From NCBI RefSeq assembly GCF_009914755.1, contig NC_060932.1: DNA of 64,000 nt; one strand, written 5' to 3'. The DNA is from the human T2T-CHM13v2.0 reference genome, Homo sapiens. A model generated the notes under the pieces. That model did no database searches and was not told where the DNA came from. It saw nothing but the letters and a program-made list of their open reading frames with translations. Shown here piece after piece: positions 25,052-40,000 of the stretch. Made by a program: the position numbers and the translations under genes. Numbering within the stretch: position 1 is the first letter of the stretch; every line of letters begins with the position of its first letter.

Positions 25052-28000
25052 TGGAAAGACGTTTTTTAAAGAAACTGTGAAAAGACATTTGGGAGCCCAT
25101 TGAGGCCTTTGCCATTGAGGCAAAAAACCAACTTTTGTCAGAAAGAAACAAGAAAGAAGGTATTTGTGAAACTGCTTTGGGATGTGTGGATTCATCACAG
25201 CAAGTTAAACCTTTCCTTTGATTCAGGAGATTGGAGATCAGGAGATTTTTTCTTTTGATTCATGAGATTTGAGAGCCCACTGAGGCCTGTGGTGAAAAAC
25301 TGAATATCTCCAGATAAAAACTAGAGAGAAGCTATCTGTGAAATTCCTTTTTGATGTCTGGATTCATTTCACAAAGCTGAACCTTTCTTTTGATTTGGCA
25401 GGTTGGAAACACTCTTTTTAAATAATATGCAAAGGGACATTTAGGAGCCCATTGAGGCCTATCAGACCAAACTTAATATCCCCAGATTAAAACTGGAAAG
25501 ATGCTCTCTGTGAAAACTGCGTTTCAAAGTCTGGATTCATGTCACAGAGTTAAAACTTTCTTTTGATTCAGCAGATTGGAAACACTCTTTTTGGAGAATT
25601 TGCAAAGGGACATTTAGGAGCCCATTGAGGCATATGGGAAAAAAATGAATATCCCCAGATATAAACTAGAAAGAACCTATTAGTGAAACTATTTTATGAA
25701 GTGACCATTCATCTGACAGAGGTAAACCTTTCTCTTGATTCAGCAAGTTGGAAACACTCTCATTGTAGAATCCATGAAGGGACATTTGGGAGCATATCGA
25801 GGCTTAAAATTAAAAAAGCAAATATCCCTACATAAAAACAAGAAAGAAGATCTTTGTGAAACTGCTTTGTGATGTGTGTATCCATATCAGAGGGTTAAAC
25901 CTTTCTATTGACTTAGCAGATTGGAAACACTTTTTAGAGGATCTGCAATGGGACATTTTGGAGCCAATTGAGACCTATGGGGAAAAACCAAATATCCCCA
26001 GAAAAAAGAAAAAAAAAAAAAAAACAGATGCAAGCTTTCTGTGAAACCACTTTGTGAAGTGTGGATTGATCTCACAGTGTTGAAACTTTCTTTTATCCAG
26101 CAGGCTGTAAACACTTTTTGTAGAATCTGCAAATAAACATTTGCTAGCCCACTGATGCCTATGAGTAAAAGTTTTATATCCTCAGATAAAAACTAGAAAG
26201 AATATATTTGTGAAAATGTTTTGTAATTTGTGTATTCATCTCACAGAATTAAACCTTTTTTTGATTTAGAAGCTTTGAAGCACTCTCTTTGTAGAATCTG
26301 TGAAGAAACATTTCAAAGCCTTTTGTGGCCCATAAGGGAAAACCGAATATACCCCAACAAAAAAAATAGAAAGAAGGTATCCATGAAACTACTTTGTGAT
26401 GTGTAGTTTCAACTCACATAGTAAAACATTTCTTTTGATTCAGCATGTTGGAAACACTTTTTTTTTGGAAAATCTTCAAAGGGAATTTTGGGAACCCATT
26501 GAGGTCTATAGGGAAAAACCGATTATCCCCAGATAAAAACTAGAAAGAAGGTATGTGTGAAACAGCTTTGTGATGTGTGGATTGATCTTGCAGTGTTAAA
26601 CCATTCTTTTGATTCAGCAGGTTGGAAACGTTGTTTTTACAGGATCTGCAGAGGGACATTTTGGAGCCCATTGTGGCATATGAGGAAAAAATGAATATCC
26701 CCATGTAGAAACTAGAAAGAATCTATCTGTGAAAGTGCTTTGTGATGTATGGGTTCATCTCACAGAGTTAATCCTTTCCATTCCTTCAGTAGGTTGGAAA
26801 AACTCTTTTTGTAGAATCTGTGAGGGGACGTTTGTGAGCCCTTTGAAGCCTAAAAGGAAAAATTGAATATCCCCAGATAAAACTAAAAGTAAGCTATCTG
26901 TGAAACTGCTTTGTGATGTATGAATTCATCTCACATAGAGAAACCTTTCTTTTGATTCAGCAGGTTGGAAACAATCTTGTTGTAGAATCTGCAAAGGGAT
27001 ATTTGGGAGCCCATTGAGCCCTAAGGAGAGAAACATGATATCCCCAGATAAATATTAGAAAGAAACTATCTGTGAAACCATTCTTTCAATTCAGCAGGTT
27101 GGAAACACACTTCTTACACAACTGAAAAGTGCCACTGAAGCCCGCTGAGATCTATAGAGAAAAACCAAATATCCTCTCATAAAAACTAGAAAGAAGGTAT
27201 CTGTAAAACTGCTTAGGGATGTGTGGATTCCTCTCACAAACTTAAACCTTTCTTTTCATTCAGACGGTTGGAAACACTATTTTTGGAGAATCTGTGAAGG
27301 GACATTTGAAAGCCCATTGAAGCCTGTGGGGGAAAAATGAATAAACCTACATAAAATTTACAAAGAAGTTATCTGAGAAAGTGCTTTGTGATGTGTGGAT
27401 TCCTTTAATAGAGGTAAAATTTTCTTTTGATCCTGCAGGTTGGAAACACTCTTTGTAGTTTCTCTGAAGAAACATTTGGGAGCCCATTGAGGCCTAGAAG
27501 TAAAAAGCGAGTATCCTCAGAAAAAAAAAAAACCAACTAGATAGAAGTGCTCTGTGAAATTGATTTGTCATTTGTTGACTCATGTCTGAGTTAAACTTTT
27601 CTTTTGATTCAGCACGTTAGAAACACTCTTTTTGGAGTATCTTCGAAGGGACATTTGGAAGCCCATTGAGGCCTGTGGGGAAACACTGAATATCCCCAGA
27701 GAAAAACTAGAACAAAGCTACCTGTGAAACTACCTTGTTATATGTGGGATCAGCTCACACAGTTAAAGCTTTGTTTTGATTCCACAGGTTGAAAACACTC
27801 TTTTTGTAGAATCTGTGGAGGGACATTTGGGAGCCCATTAAAGCCTATGGGTAAAAACAGAATATCCCCAGATAAAAACAAGAAAGAAGCTATCTGTGAA
27901 ACTAATTTGTAATGTGTGGATTCATCTCACAGAGTTAAAACCTTTTTTTGATTTAGCAGGTTGGAATCTCTCTTTTTGTAGAATCTGCAAAGGGACATTT

Positions 28001-31000
28001 AAGAGCCCATTGATGCCTACAAGTAAAAACTGAATATCAGCAGATAAAACTAGAAACAAGCTATCAGTGAAACTGTCTTGTCATGTGTTGACTCATGTCA
28101 CAGTGTTAAACCCTTCTTTTGATTAAGCAGGTTGGAGCCACTCTTTTTGCAGAATCTGCAAAGGGACTTTTGAGAGCCCATAGACGCCTATGGGGAAACA
28201 TCGCATATTCTCAGATTAAAAACTAGAAGAAACTACCTGTGAAACTACCTTGTTATGTGTGGATTCAGCTGACAGAGTTAAAGCTTTCGTTTGATTCAGC
28301 ATGTTGGAAACACTATTTTTGTAGAATCTGCAAAGAGACATTTGTAGCCCATTAAGGCCTACAGGGAAAAACTGAATATTCCCAGAAAAAGCTAGAAAGA
28401 AGCTATCTGTGAATCTAATTTTTCATGTCTGGATTCATCTCACAGATACAAAACTTTCTTTTGATTCAACAAGATGAAAACACTATTTTAGATAATCTGC
28501 AAAGAAACATTTTGTAACCCATTGAGGCCTATGGAGAAAAACAACATATTCCCAGGTAAAAACTAGAAGAAAACTATCTGTGAAACTGCTTTTTGATATG
28601 TGGATTCATCTCACAGGCTTAAACCTTTCTTTTGATTCAGCAGGTTGGAAACACTCTTTTTGGAGTATCTGCAAAGGGACATTTGGGAGCCCATTGAGGC
28701 CAAAGGGGAAACATTGAATATCCCCAGATAAAAAGTGGAAGGAAGCTATCTGTGAAACTGCTTTGTTATGTGTTGATTCATCTCACAGAGTTAAATTTTT
28801 CTTTTGTTTCAACAGGTTGGAAACACTCTAATTGGAGAATTGACAAAGGGACATTTTGGAGTCCATTGAGGCCTATGGGGAAAAACTGAATATTCCCAGA
28901 TTAAAACTAGAAAGAAGCTATCTGTGAAACTGCTTTGTGATGTGTGGATTCATCTTCCAGACTTGAATCTTTCCATTGATTGAGCAGGTTGGAAACACAC
29001 TTTTTGTAGAATGTGCTAACGGACATTTGGGGGCCCAGTGAGACCCATAGGGAAAAACTGAATATGCCCAGATAAAAACGAAAGACAACGTATTGTGAAC
29101 TGCTTTGTGAGGTGTGGATTCATCTCACAGAGTTAAATCTTTCTTTTGATTATGCAGGTTGGCAAACTTTTTTTGTAGAATCTGTGAAGGGACACTAAAG
29201 AGCCCTTTCAGGCCTGTGGGAAACAATCAAATATCCCCAAGATAAAAACTAGAATTAATCTGTCGGTGAAACTGCTTTGTGAAGTATGGATTCATCTCAC
29301 AGAGTTAAGCCTTTCTTTTGACTGAGCAGGTTGGAAACTTTTTTTTGGAGTATTTGTGAAGGGACATTTCAGATCCCAATGATGCCTATAGGGAAACACA
29401 AAGTATCCCAAGTTAAAAACAAGAAAGAAGCTATCTGTGAAAAGGCTTTGTGATGTGTGGATTCATCTAACAGCATTAAAACTTTGCTTTGATTCAGCAG
29501 GTTGGATATACTCTTTTTGTAGAATCCGCAAAGGGACATTTAGGTGGCCATTGAGGCCTATGGGGCAAACAAAATATCCACAGGTAAATACTAGAAAGAA
29601 GCTGTCTGCGAAACTGCTTTGTGTTATGTGGATTCAACTTACAGAGTGAAGCCTTTCTTTTGATTCAGCAGATTGGAAATACTGTTTTTATACAGTCTCC
29701 AAAGGCACGTTTGGGAGCTCACTGAGGACTATGGGGAAAAAAAAAGAAACAAATATCCCCAGAAAAATAAAAAAACAAGAAGGAAGCTAAATTTGAAACT
29801 GCTTTGTGTTATGTGGATTCATCTCACAGAATTAAACCCTTCTATTGATTCTGCAGGTTAAGAAATACTCTTTTTGGAGAATCTACGTAGGGTCATTTGG
29901 AATACCGTTGAGGCCTACTGAGAAAAACCACATATTCAAAGACAAAAACTAGAAAAAAGCTATCTGTGAAACTACTTTGTGATTTGTGGATTCATCTTAC
30001 AGAGTGAAACCTTTCTTTTGATTCATCAGGTTGGAAAAACTCTTTATGGAGGATCTGCAAAATGAAATTTGGGAAACCATTGAGGCCTATGGGGAAAAAC
30101 TGAGTATCCCCATATAAGAAGTAGAAAAAAGCTATCTGTGAAACTGCTTTGTGATGTGTGGATTCATCTCACAGAGTTAAACTTTCTTTTGATACAGCAG
30201 ATTGCAAACACTCTTATTATAAAATCTTTGAAGGGAAATTTCATGGCCCATTGAGGCATATGGGGAAAAGCTGAATATCCCCAGATTAAAACTAGATAGA
30301 AGCAATCTGTAAAACTGATTTGTGATGTGTGGAATCATCTCACAGAGTAAAAGCTTACTTTTGATTCAGCAGGTTGAAAACATTTTTGGAGAATATGTGA
30401 AGGAATATTTTGGAGCCCTTTAAGGCCTACGGGGAAGAAAAGAATATCCACATATAAAAACTAGAAAGAAGCTAACTGTGAAACTGCTTTCAGATACGTG
30501 AATTCACTTCATAGAGTTAAATCTTTCTTTTGATTCAGCACGTTGGAAACACCGTTTTTGGAGAATCTGAGAAAGGACATTTGGAAGCCCATGGAGTTCT
30601 TATGGGAAAAACAGAATATCCCTCAATAAAAACTGGAAAGAATCTATCTATGAAACTGCTTTGTGATGTGTGGATTCACCTCACAGAGTTAACACTTTTT
30701 TTGACTCACCAGGTTGGAAAAACTTTTTTGGAGAATCTGCAAAGAAACATTTGGGGGCCCACTGTGGCCTATGGGGAAAAATCGAATATCCCTAGATAAA
30801 AAGAAGAAAGAAGCTGTTTGTGCAACTGCTTTGTGACGTGTGTATTAATCTCACCGAAATAAACCTTTCTCTTGATTCTGCAGGTTGGAAAAGCTCTATT
30901 TGGAGAATCTCTGAAGGGTCATTGGGGAGACCGTAAATGCCTAAGGGGAAAAACCAAATATCCCCAGATAAAAACTAGAAAGAATCTATCTGTGGAACTA

Positions 31001-34000
31001 CTTTGTCATATGTTGATTCATTTAATGGAGTTAACCTTTTTTTTTTGATTCAGCCGGTTGGAAACACTCTTTTTGGAGGATCTGCAAAGAAACATATGAG
31101 AGCCCATTGAGGCTTAAGGGGAAAACAGAATATCCCCCAATAACAGCAAGAGTAATGCTCTCAGTAGAACTGCTTTGTGATGTTTGGATTCTTGTCACAC
31201 AGTTAAACCTTTTTCTTGATTCAGCAGGCTAGAAACACCGTTTTTGGATAATCTGTGAAGAGTCATTTGGGAGCCTTTTGAGGCCTGTGGAAAAAAAAAC
31301 GAATATCTCTAGATAAAAACTAGAAAGAAGTTATCCGTGAAACTGCTTTGTAATGTGTGGATCCATCTCACAGAGGTAAAGCTTTCTTTCCACTCAGCAC
31401 GTTCGATACAGTCTTTTTGGAAAATCTGTGATGAGACATTAGTGAGCCCACTGAGGCCTATTGGAAAAGCTGAATATCCCCAGATAATAACTACAAAGAA
31501 GCTATCTGTGAAACTGCTTTTTTACGTGTGGGTTCATCTCATGGATTTAAAACTTTCTCTTGATTCAGCAGATTGGAAACACTCTTTTTGGAGAATCTCT
31601 GTACAGATATTGGGGAGTGCATTAAGGCCTATGGAGAAAGAATATCCCCAGATAAAGACTAGAAAGAACCTATCTGTGAAATGGCTTTCTGTTAGGTGGA
31701 TTTATCTCACAAAGTTACACCTTTCTTTTGATCCAGCAGGTTTGAAACACTTTTCTGGACAATCTTCAAGTGGACATTTGGGATAAAATTACAGCCTATG
31801 GGGAAAAACTTAATATCCCCAGATACAAAGTAGAAATAATCTGTCTGTGAAACTGCTTTGTGATGTGTGAACTCGTCTCACAGAGTTAAACCTTTGTTTT
31901 CATTCAACAGGTTGGAAACACTCTTTTTGGAGAATCTGTGAATGGACATTTGGGGGCCCTGTGTGGCCTATGGGGAAAAAACAAATATCCCCAGATGAAA
32001 ACTAGAAAGAAGCTCTCTGTGAAACTCCTTAGTGACGCGGGGACTCGTCTCACAGAGTTAAACATTTCTTTTGATTCAGCAGGCTGGAAACACTCTTTTT
32101 GGAAAATCTGTAAATGTTCATTTGGGAGCCCACTGAGGCCTATGGAAAAAAAAATCACCAGATAAAAACTAGAAAGAAACTATCTGTGAAATTGGTTTGT
32201 GCAGTATGGATTCATCTCACAGAGTTAAACCATTCTTTTGATTCTGCAGGTTGGAAAGAGCTTCTTTTGAAAATCTGAAAAGGGAAATTTGGGAGCCCAT
32301 TGAGTCCTATAGGGAAAAACAAAATATTCCCAGATAAAAATGAGAAAAAAGGTCTTGTGAAGCTTCTTTGTGATGCATGGATTCATCTCACAGAGTTGAA
32401 CCACAGTTTTTATTCAGTAGGTTGGAAACAGTTTTATTGGAGAATCTCTACAAAAGGACATTTGAGAGCCCATTGAGGGACATGAAAAAAAATGAATAAC
32501 CCCAAAATAAAAACTAGAAGGAAGCTATCTCTGAAACTGCATTGTAATGTGGGGATTCAACTCTCAGAGTTACAACTTTCTTTTGATTCAGCATGTTGGA
32601 AACACTTTTTGTGGAGAATCTGTGAAGGGACATATAGGAGGCCTTTGTGTCCTACGGGGAAAAAGAAAGAAAAAAACTAGAAAGAAGCTATCTGTGAAAC
32701 TGCTTTCTGATGTGTGGATTCATCTCACAGATTTAAACCTTTCTTTTGATTCAGCAGGTTGGGAACACTGTTTTTCTAAAATGTAGGAATTGACGTCTGG
32801 GAACCCATTGAAGCTGATGGGGAAAAACTGATTATCCCCAGATGAAAAATAGACAGAGGCTATCTGTGAAACTGCTTGATGGTGTGTGGATAAATTTCAC
32901 GGACCTAAACCTTCCTTTTTATTCAGCAGGTTAGAAATACTTTTTTTCTAGGGTCTCCCAAAGGACAATGGGAGCACATTGAGGCATAAAAAAATAAAAA
33001 ATAAACAAATATCGCCAGAGAAACACTAGAAATAAGTTATATAAGAAAATGCTTTGTAATGTATGGAGTCACCTCACAGAGTTAAACCTTTCTTTCGATT
33101 CAGGAGATTGGAAACACTCTGTTTTGAGAATCTGCAAAAGGACATTTGGGAGCCCTATGAAGCCTATTGGGAAAATCTGAATATCCCCAGATAAAAACTA
33201 GAAAGAAGCTATCTGTGAAACTGCCTTGTAATGTGTGGATGCATTTCACAGAATTAAAACTGTTTTTTTGATTCTGAAGATTTTAAACACTTTTTTTTTT
33301 GAGAATCTGTGAAGGGATATTTGGGAGACTACTGAGATCTATGGGAAAAACCGAATATCCCTAGATAAAAACCAAAAAGAAGCTATCTGTGAAACTGCCT
33401 TGTAATATGTGAACTCATTTCACTGAACTAAAACTTTCCTTTGATTCTGAAGGTTGGAAAAACCTTTTTGTGAAGAACCTGAGAAGGGACATTTGGGGTA
33501 AACATTGAGGCCTATGGGGAAAAACTGAATATCCTCAGATGAAAACAAGAAAGAAGCTGTCTGTGAAACTCCTTTGTGATGTGTGGATTCCGCTCACATA
33601 GCTAAACTTTCTTTTGGTTCAGTATGTTGGAACACTCTTTTTCTAGAATCTGCAAAGGAACATTTGGGAGGCCATTGAGGCCTATGGGGAAAAACTGAAT
33701 ATCCCCAGATAAAAACTAGAAAGAAGCTATTTGTGAAACTGTTTTGTGACATGTGTATTCATCTCACAGAGTTAACCTTCCATTTTATTCAGCAGGTTGG
33801 AATCACTCTTTGGAGAACCTGTGAAAGGACATTTGGGAGCCCATTGAGTTCTATGGGGAAAAACCAAATATCCCGAGACAACTACTAGAGAAAAGCTATC
33901 AGTAAAACTGCTTTGTGACGTTTGGATTGAACTCACAGAGTTAAACCTTTCTCTTGATTCAGCAGACTGAAAACTGTCTTTTTGTAGAGTCTGTGAAGAG

Positions 34001-37000
34001 ACATTTGGGAGAACATTGAGGCCAATAGAAATAAAGAGAATATCGCTAGTTAAATACTAGAAATAAATTTTCTGTGAAACTGCTTTGTGAGGTGTGGACC
34101 CATCTCACAGAGTTAAAGCTTTCTTTTGATTCCTCAGATTCAAAGCAGTGTTTTTGGAAAATATGTGAAGGGAAATTTAGGAGCCTATTGAGTCTTATGG
34201 GGAAAAGCTGAATATCCTCAGATAAAAACTAGAAAGAAGCTATCAGTGAAACTGCTTTGTGATGTGTGGATTCATCTCAAAAAGTTAAAACTTTTCTTTG
34301 ATTCAGATGGTTGGAAATACTCTTTTTGAGGAATCTGTGATGGGACATTTGTGAGCCCATTGTTGCCTATGGGAAAAAAAAGTATATCCACATATGAAAA
34401 CTAGAAGAAGCTACCTGTGAAACTGCTTTGTGATGGGTGAATTCATCACACAGAGTTAAACCTTTCTTTTGATTCAGCAGGTAGGAAACACTCTTTTTTG
34501 TAAATCTGTGAATGGAGCCTTTTGAGACGTATGGGGAAAGACTGACTATACACAGATAAAAACGAGAAAGAATCTATCTGTGAAACTGCTTTGAGATGTG
34601 TGGATTCATCTCATAGAGATAAACCTTTCTTTTGATTTAGCAGGCTGGAAGCACTTTTTCTGCAGAATCTGTGAAAGGACATTTGGAAACACACTGTGGC
34701 CTATGAAGAAAACAGAATATCTCCATATATAAACCAGAAAGAAACCATCTAAGAAACTGCTTAGTGAGCTGTGGCTTCATCTCACAGAGTTAAAGCTTTC
34801 TTTTGATTCTGCAGGTTGGAAAAATTTTTTTGGAGAATCTGTGAAGGGACATTTGGGAGCCCATTGAGGCCTATGGAGAAATATCAAATATCCCCTGGAA
34901 AAAGGGACAAAGAAGCCATCTGAGAAACAGTTTTGTGATGTGTGGATTCATCTCACTATGTTAAACCTCTCTTTTGATTCAGGAGGTTGGAAGCACTCCT
35001 TTTGAGAATCTGCAGAGGGACATTTGGGAGCCCATTTAGGCCTAATATCCCCAGACAAATACCACAAAGAAGCTATCTGTGAAACTGCTTTGTGATGTGT
35101 GGATTCATCTCGCAGAGGTAAAGCTTTCTTTTGTTTCAGCAGATTGGAAACACTCTTTTTGTAGAATATGTGAAGATACTTTTTGGATCCTATAGAGGAG
35201 TAGGGGAAAATGAAAACATCCCCAGATAAGAACTACAAAGAACTGTCTGTGAAAGTGCTTTGTGATGTGTGGATTCATCTCACAGAGTTCAACCTTTCTT
35301 TTGATTTAGCAGGTTGGAAACACTCTTGTTGTAGAATCTGTTGAGAAATATTTGGAAGTCCATTGATGCCTGTGAGAAAAAAACATATATCTCCAGATAA
35401 AACTACAAAGAAGCTATCTGTGAAACTGCTTTGTGAGGTGTGTATTCATCTTACAGAGTTAAACTTTCTTCTTATTCAGTAAGTTGGAAACAGTCTTTGT
35501 GAGAATCTGTGAAGGGACATTTTGAAGCTCTTGGAGACCTTTAGGGAAAAATCAAATATCTTGAGATAAAAACTAGAAAGAAGCTCTCCGTGAAACTGCT
35601 TTGTGATGTGTGGATTCATCTCACAGAGTTCAACATTTCTTTTTATTTGGCAGGAAGAAAACACTCTGGAGAATCTGCGAAGGGATATTTGGGTGCCATT
35701 GAGGCCTATGGGAAAAAAACTATATATGCCCAGATAAAAAAAGGGAAAAGCTATCTTTGAAACTGCTTTGTTATGTGTGGATTCATTACACAGAGTTAAA
35801 CCTTTTTTTCCATTATCCAGGTTGGAAACCCTCTTTTTGGAGCAACTGTGACAAGACTTTTCAGAACCCATTTAAGCCTATGGGGAAAAAGAGAGTATCA
35901 TCAGATAAAAACTAGAAAAAGCTATTGGCGAACCTGCTTTGTGATGTGTGGATTCATCTCACAAAGGTAAACCTTTCTTTTGATTCAGCAGATTGGAAAC
36001 ACTTTTTTGGATTATCTGTGAAGGGACTTTTAGGAACCCATTGTGGCCTAGAAAGAAATACCAAATTTCCCTAGATAAAAACTAGAAAGAGGCTATCTGT
36101 GAAACTGCTTTGTGATGTGTTGATTCATCTCACAGAGTTAATCATTTCTTTTAATTCAGCAGGTTGGAAACCCTCTTTTTGAAGAATCTATGAAGGGAAA
36201 TTTAAGAGCCCCTTGAGGGCTAGGTGCAAAATTGAGTATCCCCAGATGAATACTAGAAAGAAGCTATCTGTGAAACTGCTTTGTGATGTCGGGATTCATC
36301 TTACAGAGTTAAACCTTTCTCTTGATTCAGTAGGTTGGAAACACTCTTTTTATAGAATCTGGGAAGAATCATTTGGGAGCCCATTGAAGAGTATAGGGAA
36401 AAATGGAATATCCAAGACAAAAACTAGAAAGAAACACTCTGTGAAACTGCTTTGTAAAGTGTGGATTCATCTCAAAGAATTAAACCCTTCTTTTAATTCT
36501 GCAGGTTGGAAACATTCTTTTTGGGGAACCTGTGAAGAACATTTTTGTGTCCATTGAGGCCTCTGGATAGAAAATGAATATCCTCAGATAAAAACTAAAA
36601 AGAAGCTATCTGTGAAACTGCTTTGTGGTGTATGGATTCATCTCACTGAGATAAACCATTCTTTTGATTCTGCAGATTGGAAACACTTTTTTGGATAATC
36701 TGTGAAGGGACATTTAGGAGCCCATCGTGGCCTATGGAGGAAAACAAAATATCTCCAGATAAAAACTAGAAAGATACGCTTTGTGAAACTGCTTTGGATA
36801 TGTGTTATCACCTCGAAAAGCTAAAACTTTGTTTTAATTAAGCAGGTTGGAAACACTCTTTTTGCAGAATCTGTGAAGGTACATTTGGGAGATAATTGAG
36901 GTCTATGGGGAAAAAACAAATATCCCCAGAGAAGAACAAGAAAGAAGCTATCTGTGAAATGGCTTTGTAATGTGTGGATTCATCTCAGAGATTTAAAACT

Positions 37001-40000
37001 TTCTTTTGATTAAGCAGGTTGCAAACAGTTTTTTGGAGAATCTGCATAGGGACATTTGGGAGCCCATTGAGGCCAACGGAGCACAACAGAATGTCACCAG
37101 AAAAAAGCTAGAAGGAAGCTACCTGTGAAAGTGCTTTGTGATGTGTGTATTCATCTCATAGAGTTAAACTTCTCTCTTGCTTTAACATGTTGGAAACACT
37201 CTTTTTATAGAAACTGTGAAGTGACATTCTGGAGCCCATTTAATCCTATTGGGCAATATCAAATATCTCCAGATAAAAACTAGAATGAAGCTACCTTTGA
37301 AACTGCTTTTTGATGTGAGGATTCATCTCACAGAGTTAGTTAAACCTTTCTTTTGATTCCTCAGGTTGTATACACTCTTTTTGGAGAATATGTGAAGGGA
37401 CATTTGGAGCCCTTTTAGGCCCATGAAGAATAACCAAATATCCCCAGATTTATCTTTCTAGTTTTTAAACTAGAAAGCATGTATCTGTGAAACTGCTTTG
37501 TGAAGCAAAAAGTTCAGCACTTTGGAAACTTGTTTTATAGAATATGCAAAGGGACATTTGGGAGTCCATTGAGTCCTATGGGGGAAAAGGAATATCCCTA
37601 GAAAACATTTGAAAGAATTCTTCTATGAAACTGCTTTACAATGTGTGGATTCATCTCACCATGTTAAACTTTTCTTTTGGTTCAGTAGGTTGGAAACACT
37701 CTTTCTGGAGAAGATGCGAAGGTACATTTGGGAGCCCTTTCAGGCCTATGGGAAAAACCGATTATCCTAAAATGAAAACTAGAAAGAATATATCTGAGAA
37801 ACTGCTTGGTGATGTGTTGATTCATCTCAAAGAGTTAAACCTTTCTTCTGATTCAGCAGATTGGTAACACTATTTTTGGAATATCTGTGAAGGGACATAT
37901 GGGAGCTCATAGAGTACTATAAATAAGAACTTTTTATCCCCAGAAAACAGCAAGAAAGAAGCAATCTGTGAAACTGCTTTGTGTGGTGTGGATTCATCTC
38001 ACAGAGTTAAAACTTTCTTTTTATTCAGTAAGATGGAAACACTGTTTTTTGCGAAATCTGCATAAAGATATTTTGGAACTTATTGACACGTATGAGGCAA
38101 AACAAATTATACCCCAATAAAAACCAGAAAGAACCTATGTGTGAAAGTGCTTTGTGATGTGTGGATTCATCTCACAAACCAAAACCTTTTTTTTGATTCA
38201 GCAGGTTGGAAACACTCTTTTTGGATAATCTGCAAAAAGACATTTGGGAGCCCTTTAAGGCCTATGAGGAAAAATCCAATATTCCCATATAAAAACTAGA
38301 GAGAAATTTTCTGTGACGCTACCTTGTGATATGTGGATTCATCTCACAGAGTTAAACCTTTCTTTTGATTCAGCACGTAGAAAAGACTCTTTCTGGGGAA
38401 TCTGCAAATGGATATTTGGGAGCCATCATGGCCTAGGGGAAAAAAAAGTGTAAAATCCTAGATTTGATAAAAGGAAGAAGTTACCTTTGAAACTGCTTTG
38501 TGATGTGGGGTTCAGCTCACAGAGTTAAACCTTTTTTTTCATTCACCAGATTGGAAACAATCTTTTTGGAGAATCTGTGACTAGACATTTTGGAGCCCAT
38601 TGAGGCCTAAGGGGAAAAACGAAATATCCTCAGATAAAAACTAGAAAGAAGTTATTGGTGATCCTTCTTTGTGATATATGGATTCATCTCACAAGGGTGC
38701 ATCTTTCCTTTGATTAAGCAGATTGGAAGCACTCTTTTTGGATAATATGCTCGGGGACATTTAGGAGCCCATTGTGGCCTATGAAGAAAAATAAAATATC
38801 CCCAGATAAAAACTAGAAAGAAGTTATCCGTGAAACTATTTCATGAAGTGTGGACTCATTTCACAAGTTAAATGTTTCTTTTGATTCAGCAGGTTGGAAG
38901 CCCTCTTTTTGAAGAATCTATGAAAGGAAATTTCAGAGCACACTGAAAGATTGGCACAAAATTGATTATGCCCTGATGAATACTAGAAAGAAGCTCTCTG
39001 TGAAACTGCTTTGTGATGTGTTGATTCATCTCACAGAAATAAAACTTTCTTTTAATTCAGCTGGTTGGAAGCTCTCTTTTTGGAGAATCAGCCAAGGGAC
39101 ATTTAGGAGCCCATCAATGCCTATGGAGAAAAACGAAATATCCCCAGATGAAAAATAGAAAGATGCTATCTGTGAAACTGCTTTGGATATGTGGATTCAT
39201 CTCAAAAGCTAAACCTTTTTTTTAATTAAGCAGGTTGGAAGCACTTTTTTTGGAGAATCTGCAAAAGGATACTTGGGAGCCCATTGAGGCCCATGGATCA
39301 AAACTGAATAACCCTATAAAAAATAGAATGAAGCTGTGTGTGAAAGTGTTTTGTGATACTTGGATTCTTTTCACAGAGTTAAATCTTTATGTTATTCAGC
39401 TGGTTGGAAACACTCTTTTTGGAGAATCTGCACAGGGCCATGTGAGAAAACATTCAGGTCAATGGAGAAAAACTAAATATCCCCAGATAAAAACTAGAGA
39501 GAAGCTATCTTTGAAACTGCTTGGTGATCTGTGGATTCATCTCACAGAGTTAAACTTTTATCTTGATTTAGCATGTTGGAAACACTTTTGTTTGTAGAAA
39601 CTGCAAAGGCACCTTTGGGAGCCCATTGAATCCTATTGGGCAAAACTGAATATCACCATATAAAAACTGGAAAGAAGCTATATTTGAAATTGCTTTGTGA
39701 TGTGAGGTTTCATCTCACAGAGTTAAACTTCTCTTTTGGTTCCACAGTTTGGATACATTCTTTTTGGAGATCCACGAATGGACATTTTGGAGTTTGATTC
39801 AGCAGGCTGGGAACACTCTTTTTTATAGAATATTTGAAGGGACATTTTGGCATCCATTGAGGCCTGGGTGGAAAAAGTGAATATATCCAGAAAAAAATTT
39901 GAAATAGTCTTTCTGTGAAACCGCTTTAAGATGTGCAGATTCATCTCACAGAGTTAAACATTTCCTTTGATTCAGCAGGTTGGAAAAACTCTTTTTGGAG

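Noticed and set aside
31337-31786. Longest satellite ORF (149 aa)
   Set aside because: Chance indels keep the frame open over about 2.6 monomers, which is expected among ~350 monomers.
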